Of a stretch of 64,000 bases of DNA, positions 51,941-64,000 are shown in pieces (positions within the stretch are counted from its first letter, which is position 1; every line of letters starts with the position of its first letter). The notes beneath the pieces are model-generated. The model did no database searches and was not told the origin of the DNA. It was given only the letters and a program-made list of their open reading frames with translations. A program made the position numbers and the translations under genes. Origin of the DNA: Octopus sinensis (Eukaryota); NCBI RefSeq assembly GCF_006345805.1, contig NC_043000.1, positions 18,786,001 through 18,850,000 of the forward strand, in the 5' to 3' direction.

Positions 51941-52070
51941 TATATATATAATAAAGCAGGGGACGTAAAATAACTTTGTTTAGTGGTTCTCAAAACGTAA
52001 TACCCCTTTCTTCGCCGTGGTGTTAGATAAGTTTAAAAGCTTAAAACTATCTTAATTTTATTAAACACCA

Positions 52071-52790
52071 CAGGTATGGATGTGTGGTCAAGAAGCTTCC
52101 TTTGCAGTCACGAGGTTTTGGGTTTGGGCAAATGTCTTCTAGTATAGCTCCGGGTCGACGACCTATACCTTCTAAATGAATTTGATTGACATCATGGAAG
52201 CCTGTTATAAGAAAAGGGTAATAGTTAAAGACCCACTACTTCGGTCATAAATGATCATGGGATTGCACCTAGAAAGTTACCCTCCGTGCCACAAGTTGTT
52301 TATGGAAGACCAGCAGTCGCCCATGCATACCGGCCTCTCCTCTCCACACCACCGATATTATCCAAGGAAAAGGCAAAGGTCGATACAGCTTGGCACCAGT
52401 GACGTCACAGCTCATTTCTACAGTTGACTTAAGTGGAGCAAGGGGAAATAAAGTGTCTTGCTCGAGAACACAACACAGATCGGTCTGGAATCGAACTCAC
52501 AAGCTCATGATTATGAGCCCGGCGCTCTAACCACTAAGCCATGATGCCAATTATATGTATAAATATATCGATGTATGTCTGTGCCCTTGTGCTTGTTGTC
52601 CCCCGATTAACAACCAATGTTGGTTTGTTTACGTCCCAGTAAATTAGCAGTTCGGCAAAAGAAAAAGATTGAATTAGCGCCAATCAGTATTGAGGTCGAT
52701 TTATTCGACTGAACTGTTTAAGGCGTTACCCCAGTATAACTGTTGTCCAGTGACTAAAACAAATCAAAAGAAGATAAAAGAGCTCACAAA
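52071..52790 (+). mobile_element. Old SINE family A copy with a nested minus-strand tRNA SINE (~52228-52548)
   Basis: Family A head 52071-52207 and tail 52560-52790. The insert has A box tggcttagtggtt and B box gagttcgattcc on the minus strand. Confidence 0.75.
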
Positions 52791-53485
52791 TTGTCTGACC
52801 CAACTTTCAATCCTCAAGACTCCGACCCTATCAGAACTACTTACTGAATTAGATGGTTCTGAGCAGAAAGAAGACGCACTCTTCCATCTTTTCCGTTGGA
52901 TTTTCATTCGTACTTTTTTTTTAATCATGACAATTTTTTGTTAATAGCGCCGTTCGCTATAAGTTTCCAATTGATCAATCATTGGCTCACTGCAGTTGTA
53001 ATGATGAGAGAACGCTCCGGTTAACCGCATTATTTTCGAACATACCCACGTACACTCACCACAAGCACACCACACACACACGCACACATACATGCTCACA
53101 CAAACGCAGACACACACAGACACGTACACACCACACGCTTTCACACACACACAATTTTATATTATATCTATGTGAACGACACGTGTGAAAGCGGCTGCTT
53201 TAGCCTCAATAATTCTTTGCACGTGTCGTTCACAAAGGTCTTTCAACAAAAGAACATAAGGATAAGCGTCTTCAAATTTTCCTTTCATTTTTCAGAAAAT
53301 CGGTTTTACCAGCTGATGATCGGAAACAAGTAATTCTGAGTACTGAAAATTGCAGTCGTTCCCTTATAATGTATTATATATATGTGGAAAAATATATGCG
53401 TATGTGTATGCACATATACATATGTGTGTGTGGATATGAATACACACGCACGTGCGCACGCACATATGCATATATGTCTATAATC

Positions 53486-53890
53486 GCTGTGTGGTAAGAA
53501 GCTTGCTTTCCACCGCATGGTTCCTGGTTCAGTCCCTCTGCGTGGAATATGGGGCAAGTGTCTTCTGCTATAGCCTTGGGCCAACCAAAGCCATGTGTGG
53601 ATTTGGTAGAGGGAAACTGCAAGAAGCCCGCCGTATATGTATATATATATATATATGTCTATGTATGTGCGTCTTTGTATCTGTGTTTGTTCCCCTACCA
53701 CAGCTTGACAACCAGTGTTCGTGTGTTTGCTTTCTTGTAACTTAGCGGTCCGGCAAAAAGAGAAAGATAGAATAAGTACCAGGCTTAAACAGTAAGTACT
53801 AGGATCCATTAATTCGACTAAAAATCTAAGGCAGTGTCCCAGCATTGCCACAGTCTAATGACTGAAACAAGTAAAAACAAGTAAAAAACA
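53486..53890 (+). mobile_element. SINE family A, diverged
   Basis: Bipartite layout and tail are conserved. Confidence 0.8.
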
Positions 53891-53954
53891 AATGATAATA
53901 TATATATATATATAAAACCAAATTTAATTCATCCATACCTTAAAGTAAATTATG

Positions 53955-55560
53955 TTAAGAGTTACTCAAATTCATTCTCACTGTATTGTGCGAAAGTATA
54001 TATGCGTATAGGCATCTTGAGAGCCTTCCAGAAATTCTGTTAATGATCTTCTCATTGGTCCACAGAGTACACAGAGATTGCTCAGAGCAGAGCCGGCATC
54101 TTCTGGAAATGATATTGTATGGTTTTGCATGCCTTACTATGGACCAAATCATGTTATAATTAATTTTATCTTCCTTCAGTCACCACGCAAAATCTGCCAA
54201 AGATGTTGAATGTCTCTTATTGATTCTCTTGAAGCTGGCGACATGGTTGCAAAAACGATTCTTAAATAAATCAGACGTTTGCCCAATGTAAACACACTGC
54301 CCTTCCTCTGTCTGCACAATACATTTATATACAAGATTTATACCCATACAGAGGTTCATCAATGGGCATTTTGATTTCTCTCTGCATGATCATTTATTAT
54401 ATCTATTTGTATATATGGCAGTTATTACTTAATATTCCAATGTTGTTACCGTGTTAGCTATATCATAATCATTTCTACTGTCACAATTTGGCCGTATTTG
54501 TTGCTTTCCACTGCGGTTTGCATCTCCTTCGTTAGAATTAGATGCGTATGCTTGCTATATCCAGTAGGGGGTTATTGAACAGTTGTCACATTTTACTATT
54601 GCTTATGCAGTGCATATGCTGCTCTAAATTAGTGGAGTTAGCGTAGGATACCTTCATGACATGCCGATTAAAAATGGAATGATGGAAGCACTCCGTCGGT
54701 TACGACGACGAGGGTTCCGGTTGATCCGATCAACGGAACAGCCTGCTCGTGAAATTAATGTGTAAGTGGCTGAGCATTCCACAGACACGTGTACCCTTAC
54801 GTAGTTCTCGGGGATATTCAGCGTGACACAGAGAGTGACAAGGTCGCCCCTTTGAAATACAGGTACAACAGAAACAGGAAGTAAGAGTGAGAGAAAGTTG
54901 TGGTGAAAGAGTACAGCAGGGATCACCACTATCCCTGCCGGAGCCTCGTGGAGCTTTTAGGTGTTTTCGCTCAATAAACACTCACAATGCCCGGTCTGGG
55001 AATCGAAACCGCGATCCTATGACCGCGAGTCCGCTGCCCTAACCACTGGGCCATTGCGCCTCCACAACCGATTAAAAATAGCATCGTATCTATTAGATTT
55101 AGGAAAATGTTTGTCTAAAGCGGAAAAAAAATTTCCAGCGATCTTCGTTTAAATATACGAACCGAAAATTGGGTTGAATCAGAGAGCATCATGGTTTCTA
55201 TATCTGTTGTTTGGCTTATTTGATCTAGTGTGTTGTACAGGATTGGAATACTGTGTTATGAGCATTTGGATTATTGTGTCGTGTGTGTCTATGAGTTTTC
55301 GTTGGTAGTTCATTGCCTTGGCCAATTTTTCCTGGCCTATATTCTCGAATTGAGTAAGTCCTTATACCGTAACATTGTGATGGCATACAATGTGTATAAT
55401 TATTGGAGGAATTGACAATGTTGTGTATGCCTGCTTCTTGTATATATTGAATGTTCTCACGATACGCAGCCCTAGCTAAAGAAGCAACATTATGATAAGC
55501 TGAATGTGACAAATAAATTTTCTATTAGAAGATAATCTAGAAATTCTTGTAGAATTATTC
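53955..55560 (-). pseudogene. Penelope-like element (Naiad-type) thumb/linker plus GIY-YIG endonuclease, degraded and split by a SINE B
   Basis: RISRLSSN...; *FNPIF...ALDKHFPK...IFNRHVMKVSY (rejoined across the SINE); *SCREKSKCPLMNLC; NLVYKC...VYIGQT...RFCNH; WSIVRHAKPY...RCRLC. Confidence 0.8.
54676..55067 (-). mobile_element. SINE family B
   Basis: TSD CCGATTAAAAAT at 54664-54675 and 55068-55079. Confidence 0.93.
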
Positions 55561-56595
55561 TTAACTAATCCCCATATGTTTCATTTTTGTCTTTTAGTAA
55601 GCGCAGCAGTGATTCTGATCCTGTACAAAACCTCCGATACACGTGAGGAACGTACGCTAAAATCAGGGACATGGCCTGATTGTTTAGGAAAGTCGTGATT
55701 CAGCTGAAGTGGCCCAAGGTCCCTGGCGGTGGTGACGGGTTAAGGAAGTCTACTATTCAAGTTGGCCATGACGGGATTTGAATACAGAATGCAGAGAATT
55801 GGAACAAAGACAGTAGTGTAGCGAAATCCAACGTTCTTATAATTCAGGTAATCTACCATTTTGAAATAGTACTTTATTTATCGCTCCCGAAAGGATGAAA
55901 GACAATAGTGATTTCGGCACGATTTGAACTCAGAGCGAGTCAGAACAACTACTTCGAATCATTTTATTCGACGCTGTAACGTGTGTGTATATACACATGT
56001 AAGTATGTATGTATGTATGTATGTATGTATGTATGTATGTATGTATGTATGTATGTATGTATGATGTATGTATGTATGCATGTGTGTACGTATACACACA
56101 CATACTCATATGTATATGTGCGCATATTTTTAGTGTCTTTGTTATCACAAACTACAGAACTACAAAACTATGGATATTCAAGTTTCCGTCTGTGCTCATA
56201 TTTCTAATATCTATTTAATTTTTACTTTTTAACTTTATAATGACCGCACGACAAAAAAAAAATGAAAGAGAATTCTCATTATTATCGTTATTATTGATAA
56301 TATTCTTGTTACTGTTGATTATTAAACTCAGACTGCATTTTTTTCCACATTTTTTATATTCGTTCAATGGCTCTTTTAAATCTTCTTTTATAATTTTGTC
56401 ATCCGCTATATCGTCCATTTTATTTGCTTTGGTAGTTTACTAGTTGTTTAATTTTTTTTCTCATCCTTTTTTTTTTATTCCTGTATTCTTTTTCTTCCTC
56501 TTTTGTCTCTCTATGCATTATTTCTTCTTTAAGCCTAGTATTGTTCATTTATCCATTCCTGGTTCCTATTGTCCTATCCTTTCAGAAAATGCTTT

Positions 56596-56637
<42 letters not shown>

Positions 56638-56744
56638 TTTCTATTTAACTTTTGGCTTGCCCATTTCCTTCATCCGTTCTTTTCTATACTTTTTATATGC
56701 ACTTTAATCTTTGGCTTCTTTATCTCTTTCAGTTTTTCTTGTTG

Positions 56745-56826
56745 TGTATGTATGTATGTACCTGTCTATGTATGTATGTATGTATGTATGTATGTATGTA
56801 TGTATGTATGTATGTATCTAGCTATG

Positions 56827-56911
<85 letters not shown>

Positions 56912-56970
56912 GTCCGTCTGTTTGTCTGTCTGTCTGTCTGTCTATCTGCCTGTCTGTCTGTGTGTCTCTC
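56745..56970. repeat. Compound (TATG)n-(TATC)n-(TGTC)n microsatellite
   Basis: Direct inspection. Confidence 0.95.
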
Positions 56971-57670
56971 TATACATTTTTTAACTATCTCTTTGTTTCT
57001 CTTCTTTTTTCCTTTATTCTTCCTTCGTTTCTCCTTTTAATGTCATCTTTTTCATTCGTTTTTCTTTCTGATGTTTCTTTCTTTTTCTCGTTCATTCATT
57101 CATTCATTCATCCATTAATTCATTCATTCTTATTCTTCTTTCATTCAACCTCTTACTCTTTGTGAAGCTCTTTCAGTCCCGCCCGTCGGTTTGACGATCA
57201 TGTTACTCCCGGATCACAAGCAATATGTCTGCCACGAAGAAGCGTACGAACTGCCGACGATACATAACAGGAGAAAAGAACAAAGAACAAAAAACAAAAG
57301 CTAAAAACAAGCAAAATGAAATAAAACAAACTCAAAGCTTCGTTGTGCGTGCAAAATGTCAGGGGCCACTGGAGAATTGAAGCAGCGTAATGAGTATTTG
57401 TTATATACACGCATGGACATACTCATATCGCGTGCAATCGTTGTTGTCAGCATCGTTATGGTCATCATCGCCATCTTTGTTATTGCTGTTGTGATTATTA
57501 TAATCACATTTATGGAAGAGAAATAGAAGAAAATAACCGTTTTGTAGTATTTACCTATTAAGTCCATTTTGAGTTCAAACCACGTCAAGACCTATTTTAG
57601 TTTTATCCTTAAATACTCGCCAAGAAATACAAGTGATAATTAAATTAAATGGACGATGAAGCTTAGCACT

Positions 57671-58056
57671 GATGGAAGCACTCCGTCGGTTACGACGACG
57701 AGGGTTCCGGTTGATCCGATCAACGGAACAGCCTGCTCGTGAAATTAACGTGTAAGTGGCTGAGCACTCCACAGACACGTATACCCTTAACGTAGTTCTC
57801 GGGGATATTCAGCGTGACACAGAGAGTGACAAGGCTGGCCCTTTGAAACACAAGTACAACAGAAACAGGAAGTAAGAGTGAGAGAAAGTTGTGGTGAAAG
57901 AGTACAGCAGGGATCACCACCATCCCTGCCGGAGCCTCGTGGAGCTTTTAGGTGTTTTCGCTCAATAAACACTCACAACGCCCGGTCTGGGTATCGAAAC
58001 CGCGATCCTATGACCGCGAGTCCGCTGCCCTAACCACTGGGCCATTGCGCCTCCAC
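57671..58056 (-). mobile_element. SINE family B
   Basis: TSD GAAGCTTAGCACT at 57658-57670 and 58057-58069. Confidence 0.93.
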
Positions 58057-58084
58057 GAAGCTTAGCACTATATCAGTCTTAGAA

Positions 58085-58253
58085 TACATTGGCTTCAAAT
58101 TTTAGCACAAGGCCAGCAATTTCGGAGAAGTGAGTAAGTCGATTACATCGACCTAATGTTCAAGTGGTACTTATTTTATCGACTTCGCTGAGATTAGATG
58201 CAAAGTCGTTCTCGGCTAATGATTCTGTCAGTTTGTCGCCAAGTTTTAGAACA
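58085..58253 (-). mobile_element. SINE family C, old diverged copy (similar remnants near 47270-47420 and 55860-55985)
   Basis: agtcgattacatcgac...ggtacttattttatcgac and atgattctgtcagtttgtcgcc match family C. Confidence 0.7.
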
Positions 58254-58679
58254 TACCTTAATAATTCCTGGTCAAGTTGCAACCCGCGGGACTTTCTAAA
58301 TGGCACGTAGTATGAAAAATTAGCCTGAAATTTGTTAGTGCGGCCCACCTGATAATGCCCTATATCTTATGGGACCCACTTCTTGAAAAAGGTTCACCGT
58401 GCCTGTTCTATTCATTAGGTTATGCATCAAGGCACACATCTTGTTTTAATAAGTTTATGCCTTCCATAAGGAAGAAGAGAGATCACTGCATCTTGTTAGC
58501 ACCCGACAATTTGTTTAGCCATAATCGAGTAAGCATAGGATTTCCATCCGTGGCAGTCCAGTATTTTTGTATATTTAGTTCTGTTTTGTATTCTTTTTCA
58601 AAGACAGTAAGGTTGTCATTTAAAAGTGGTTTCATTGTTATTTACAGGTGCACAAGCTGTCATGTAGAAGCTTCCCCTT

Positions 58680-59171
58680 TGAGATGTATGCGTGTGTATG
58701 TGTGTGTGCGTGTGTGTGTTTGTGTGAATATGTTTCTACGTGAGTGCATGTGAGTGTGCGTGTTTGCGTATGACTGTGTGTCCGTGTATTTGTGTGGATG
58801 TGGGTGAGTGTGTATTTGTTTCTATGTGCCAGTGTATGTTTCTGTACGTGTTTCTATATGTTTATGAGTGTAAGAGTTTGTGTGTGTATCTGCGACTGAG
58901 TATTCGTGTGTTTATGTATGCGTGTATTTGTGTGCATATTTGTTTATGTTTCTGCGTGTGTGTATGTATTTGCGTATGTGTCTGTATTTGCATGTATTGT
59001 GTGTTTGTGTGTGTATGTGTGTGTATGTGTGCATGTGTTTCTGTATGCATTTGTGTGTGTATATTTGCGTATGGGTTTGTATGAATATTTGCATATGTCT
59101 ATGAATAAACGTGCGTTTATATGAGTTTGTACGTGCGTGTATGTTTGTTTGTGTGTTTGTTTCTTTGTTTG

Positions 59172-59202
<31 letters not shown>

Positions 59203-59250
59203 TGTGTGTGTGTGAGTGTGCCTCTGTGTGTGTGTATGTGTGATTCTACA
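58680..59250. repeat. Degenerate TG-rich low-complexity tract
   Basis: Direct inspection. Confidence 0.9.
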
Positions 59251-59832
59251 TGCGTTTGAATATGGTTATGTGTTTAAGCGTTTTTGTTTTATGTGAACTG
59301 CAATTTGTATGTTTGAAAGTGGTGCAAGTATCTACGTTTGCACATGAAATATGGTGAAAATAATGTGCTTCTATAAGTGAGCAGCGTATTTGTACACCCC
59401 TTTGTGTATGAAATCTTTTGTGCATTTTGTATGTATCCGTATTGATCGGGTATTTAGATTCCATATGTTTTGTTATATTTTCTAACGCAATTCGATGCAC
59501 TCATCTGATATCTTTCTGAGTGAAGCTGAAAATGCTCGTTCCAACTTATTCATCGCTAAGCAAAAACATTTACTGATTTGTCCAAAAGCTATCCAAGGTT
59601 GAATTAAAGTTATATACACTCGGTGTTACTTTAGATTAGAAGAACGTCTTGAGTGTTCACCATTAAAAAGACCAAATCTGCTCGAAACATCGATCTGGCG
59701 ATCCAAAAGCTTTCTGAGTGAAGCCTAGTTTTTATCATATACGAGCATCTGAGAAGTTTCTCCGAGACAAAATATTGAAATATTACATCTTGTACTGTTC
59801 CAAGTTTGTAGAAAACGAAAGAGTAAAAGGAT

Positions 59833-60218
59833 GGATGGAAGCACTCCGTCGGTTACGACGACGAGGGTTCCGGTTGATCCGAATCAACGGAACAGCCTGC
59901 TCGTGAAATTAACGTGTAAGTGGCTGAGCACTCCACAGACACGTGTACCCTTAACGTAGTTCTCGGGGATATTCAGCGTGACACAGAGAGTGACAAGGCC
60001 GGCCCTTTGAAATACAGGTACAACAGAAACAGGAACAGGAAGTAAGAATAAGAGAAAGTTGTGGTGAAAGAGTACAGCAGGGATCCCCTGCCGGAGCCTC
60101 GTGGAACTTTTAGGTGTTTTCGCTCAATAAACACTCACAACGCCCGGTCTGGGAATCGAAACCGCGATCCTATGACCGCGAGTCCGCTGCCCTAACCACT
60201 GGGCCATTGCGCCTCCAC
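59833..60218 (-). mobile_element. SINE family B
   Basis: TSD AGTAAAAGGAT at 59822-59832 and 60219-60229. Confidence 0.93.
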
Positions 60219-60451
60219 AGTAAAAGGATAGAATAGTGGGAGAAGAGGAGGTAAAAGAATAAGAGAAAGGAAGGGAGAAAACTGCTCGCCAAAAAAGTTC
60301 ATATTCCAGGTCCTCGTACTTCATATTTTTTGTTGTTTACGCGCACGCATATATATGCATGTATAGTACCCGAGATAGACATCAAATATAGGTGTCCTCT
60401 TTTAGTTTTCATTCACTTTCTTACATTCTCTAAATATGTATAAACACATAA

Positions 60452-60852
60452 GTGGAGGCGCAATGGCCCAGTAGTTAGGGCAGCGGACTCGCGGTCATAG
60501 GATCGCGGTTTCGATTCCCAGACCGGGCGTTGTGAGTGTTTATTGAGCGAAAACACCTAAAGCTCCGCGAGGCTCCGGTAGGGGATGGTGGTGATCCCTG
60601 CTGTACTCTTTCACCACAGCTTTCTTTCACTCTTACTTCCTGTTTCTGTTGTACCTGTATTTCAAAGGGCCGACCTTGTCACTCTCTGTGTCACGCTGAA
60701 TATCCTCGAGAACTACGTTAAGGGTACACGTGTCTGTGGAATGCTCAGCCACGTACACGTTAATTTCACGAGCAGGCTGTTCCGTTGATTCGGATCAACC
60801 GGAACCTTCATCGTCGTAACCGACGGAGTAAGAAGGACGAAAAAATAAATAA
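60452..60852 (+). mobile_element. SINE family B with A-rich tail
   Basis: TSD ATAAACACATAA at 60440-60451 and 60853-60864. Confidence 0.92.
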
Positions 60853-61910
60853 ATAAACACATAAATACCTGCATAGAAATAAACAGAACAATAACAATAA
60901 AGGATTACGACCGTCCATACATTGTGTGGCATAATGGCAACGTTTCTTTTCTGTCTATTCATAGAAATTTTCTGTGTCGAGAGACATAAATAAGGCTCTA
61001 CAGAGACATCGGCTGTTTTTAAGAGGGCAATTTTAAAACTAAATCTACGATGGGTTAATCAACGACGTATAGCAAAAGCTGATCACCCAATGGAAAAGTA
61101 AGAGAATGATGATATAGAAATAAATGGTATAGCCTGCAAGAGACGTTAGGATATAGAACAGTCAATCAAACCGGATAACTGACCAACAAGCCCACTTGTT
61201 GCTGACCATCCAGACAGATAGCCATCTTGCCTACCAAGTACTAAACGTAATAATAAGCAGAAATTTAACAAAGAAAAATACTGAAGCTTTCGCTGCTCGG
61301 AAAAAAATATTATTTCAAAGGTTCCGCGATCAGAAGGAAAAAAGACGATAATATTTTCGTGGATAGTATTTCAGAAGATATCTTTACAATGCCAGAAGTG
61401 AAAACAGTAGCTAAGTAATAATATATCGTTGGGGCAACTAAATAACTCATAAAATGAAAAAAAGAAAACAATTTATAGAGAAAAGAGCCAAACGTTAGCA
61501 TCTGTGTGATAAAAATGTCGACTATATCAAGTATCTGCATAATCAGCAAGCGCACAATGTCAGCAGATTATTACCTTCATACGAGGCACAGCGTTACTGA
61601 AAAATCAATATATGAAGCCTTTGGTGAGAAGGACATCCCGAAAAGAAGAAGAAATGAAGACATCGGCATCCATAATAATCTAGCCATGCGTTTGGAATTA
61701 GGAAAAAAATTGGTGGAAAGTTCTAATTAAAACTGTCATCAAATGCATATTGCGGAAAATAAGGTAACATGCAGATGTGAAAGCAAACCTCGAGGCACAT
61801 GTGAGGTTTTCATCTAGAGTTCTCAAAAATGAAGAACACCTTCATATGTTTAAGATTTTACAAGCCCAAAACTGATTATATTCTCATTAATAATTGTTTC
61901 CGAAACTTTG

Positions 61911-62300
61911 TGAGCTGGCAGAATCGGTGGCGAGCTGGCAGAAACGTTAGCATGCTGGACGAAATGCTTAGCGGTATTTCGTCCGCCGCTACGTTCTGAG
62001 TTCAAATTCCGCCGAGGTCGACTTTGCCTTTCATTCTTTCGGGGTCGATTAAATAAGTACCAGTTACGCACTGGGGTCGATGTAATCGACTTAATCCGTT
62101 TGTCTGCCCTTGTTTGTCCTCTCTATGTTTAGCCCCTTGTGGGTAATGAAGAAACAGGTATTTCACCCGTCGCTACGTTCTGAGTTTAATTTCCGCCAAG
62201 GTCGACTTTGCTTTCCATCCATTCGAGATCGATAAAATATGTACAAGTTGAACAATTTAATCGACTCTTCCCCAAGCTGCCCTTGTGGCAAAAATTTGAA
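61911..62300 (+). mobile_element. SINE family C with duplicated head start and partial tandem second unit
   Basis: gagctggcagaa occurs twice; gttctgagtt...aggtcgacttt segment is repeated. Confidence 0.85.
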
Positions 62301-62355
62301 ATAATTATTAACAGCAGCAAATTTTGGTCAAAGAAAAAAAAACAAAAAGCTGAAG

Positions 62356-62515
62356 GCTGGCTGTCTGGTAAGAAGCATGCTTCTCAACCTCATGGTTCTG
62401 GTTTCAATCTCACTGCGTGGCCCACAAAGGCAAGTGTATTCTACTATAGCCTCGGGTTGACCAAAGCCTTGTGAGTGGATTTGATAGAGGGAAACTGAAA
62501 GAAGCCTGTCGGGTA
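62356..62515 (+). mobile_element. SINE family A, 5' half, diverged
   Basis: Head through gaaactgaaagaagcctgtcg. Confidence 0.75.
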
Positions 62516-62553
62516 TATACACACACACACGCACATATATATATATATATATA

Positions 62554-62928
62554 CTAGCAGTATCGCCCGGCGTTGCTGGGGTTTGTAAGGGAAATAACTA
62601 TATAAGCATTTTTAGAGAGTTATAGCCAAAAAATAGCAAAAAATGCATTAAAAATGGAAAAAAAATGATGGTAAATTTTTTTAAAAATCGTTGACTCATC
62701 GTAGACATTTTTAGAGAGTTACTTCCCTTACATAATAGTGAAAAAATGCATTAAAATGAAAAAAAATGATGGTAAATTATTAGACGCGCGCTAATACCCA
62801 AAAGGGCTCGATATGAATCACGACTATAAGATACCCGGTTTTGGTTAAACTGCACCGCAAAATGTGGGAGTAGTTAGGAATCTAAATCGTAGGAGACAGA
62901 CACACAACTTCACTTTTATATATAAAGA
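62554..62928 (-). mobile_element. Non-autonomous Helitron family D1
   Basis: TC at 62928, hairpin, CTAG at 62554; reverse complement of 17190-17587. Confidence 0.9.
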
Positions 62929-62937
62929 TATATATAT

Positions 62938-63422
62938 AATAAACCTTTACATATATAAATAACGTGAAATACACGAAGGGACGAACATAAGAGACAGACG
63001 GGTCATTCAAAGCGTTCGTTCTTCAGTCAGAAACCGATTCCTCATCGCAGATTTCGGCTGTTTAATTCTGAGATCTGCTCTGAATCGGCCAGACCCAGAA
63101 GGAAAGAATGCAACGCAACAAAGACGAACATGAAACGAAAAAAACTTTTTGAAGACAGTAACGGTTAAAAACAAGGATGACACGGGCGCCCTACGGCTTT
63201 GAGACAAAAGGAAACACAAAAACAATTTATCAGCAAGCGTGGAAAAATAATTACCTTTTCGGTGAAGAGACACATGTTGAACAAGCGGCCGTTGGCAACG
63301 GAATGGCTGAGGCAGCAAGTCGCAAGAGGGTAAGAGAGAGAAGGGGGTAAGAGAGAGGGAAAGAGGGACAGAGAGAGAGGGGACCAAGGAGGGTGGAAGG
63401 CTGAGGACAGAAGCAGTGACCA

Positions 63423-63467
<45 letters not shown>

Positions 63468-64000
63468 AGAGAAGGAATCAGAGAGGCTGGGAGAAAAAGG
63501 CGCCAAAACAATTTGGCAAAGAAGCAATGGCGGGGGAAAGAGAAAGTTTAAAGACATCGTGCAGGGGTGGTGATATGACAAACATAAAGAGATTATGCAC
63601 GTACGATGCGAAATATAGAATAAACCTTTACATATATAAATAACGTGAAATACACGAAGGGACGAACATAAGAGACAGACGGGTCATTCAAAGCGTTCGT
63701 TCTTCAGTCAGAAACCGATTCCTCATCGCAGGTTTCGGCTGTTTAATTCTGAGATCTGCTCTGAATCGGCCAGACCCAGAAGGAAAGAATGCAACGCAAC
63801 AAAGACGAACATGAAACGAAACAAACTTTTTGAAGACAGTAACGGTTAAAAACAAGGATGACACGGGCGCCCTACGGCTTTGAGACAAAAGGAAACACAA
63901 AAACAATTTATCAGCAAGCGTGGAAAAATAATTACCTTTTCGGTGAAGAGACACATGTTGAACAAGCGGCCGTTGGCAACGGAATGGCTGAAGCAGCAAG
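62938..64000. repeat. Tandem direct repeat, 681-bp unit; second copy runs off the window
   Basis: 62938 onward is repeated from 63619 with only a few substitutions over ~380 bp. Confidence 0.95.

Noticed and set aside
53305-53340. CTGATGA-tcg-GAAACAAGTA
   Set aside because: Core and GUA are present but stem II is absent and stem I does not pair; at best a deleted relic.
54170-54185. TGA in DFAW*LKED of the GIY-YIG frame as selenocysteine
   Set aside because: Not a conserved Cys position; more likely an ordinary nonsense mutation.
57165-57300. Possible host exon after a polypyrimidine tract
   Set aside because: No recognisable protein similarity or convincing splice donor.
58330-58680. Possible piggyBac-like transposase remnant on the minus strand
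   Set aside because: Only vague similarity requiring several frameshifts; cannot be supported without a search.
61020-61740. Possible degraded LINE RT (RGTALL resembling RGIALL)
   Set aside because: A single short motif is insufficient.

Overview
AT-rich, microsatellite-dense animal genomic DNA, most likely an octopus (inferred from the repeat content), with one 100-N gap at 6306-6405. No host protein-coding gene can be firmly supported, and most listed ORFs are SINE or microsatellite artefacts. The window is a mosaic of mobile-element remnants: (1) a frameshifted Tx1/L1-like LINE, 2239-6305, plus a second ORF1-only relative; (2) an R4/Dong-like RLE retrotransposon tail; (3) RTE and CR1/L2 fragments; (4) two Naiad-type Penelope-like (PLE) GIY-YIG fragments; (5) an internally deleted Helitron with a PIF1 helicase, and five non-autonomous Helitrons; (6) two DD37D Tc1/mariner fragments; (7) about 35 copies of several tRNA-headed SINE families, many with target-site duplications (TSDs). 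The most interesting signal, found by eye, is a set of type I minimal hammerhead-ribozyme (HHR) motifs in (TA)n-embedded PLE remnants and long fold-back palindromes. These are a canonical GUC hammerhead at 35815-35907, a G3-C8 core-swapped variant at 34214-34259, a CUGUUGA variant at 44569-44606, mirror-image hammerheads in a perfect 82-bp palindrome at 51341-51505, and a hammerhead forming the loop of a 134-bp hairpin at 34938-35261. All folds and translations were done by hand and need computational or experimental confirmation.
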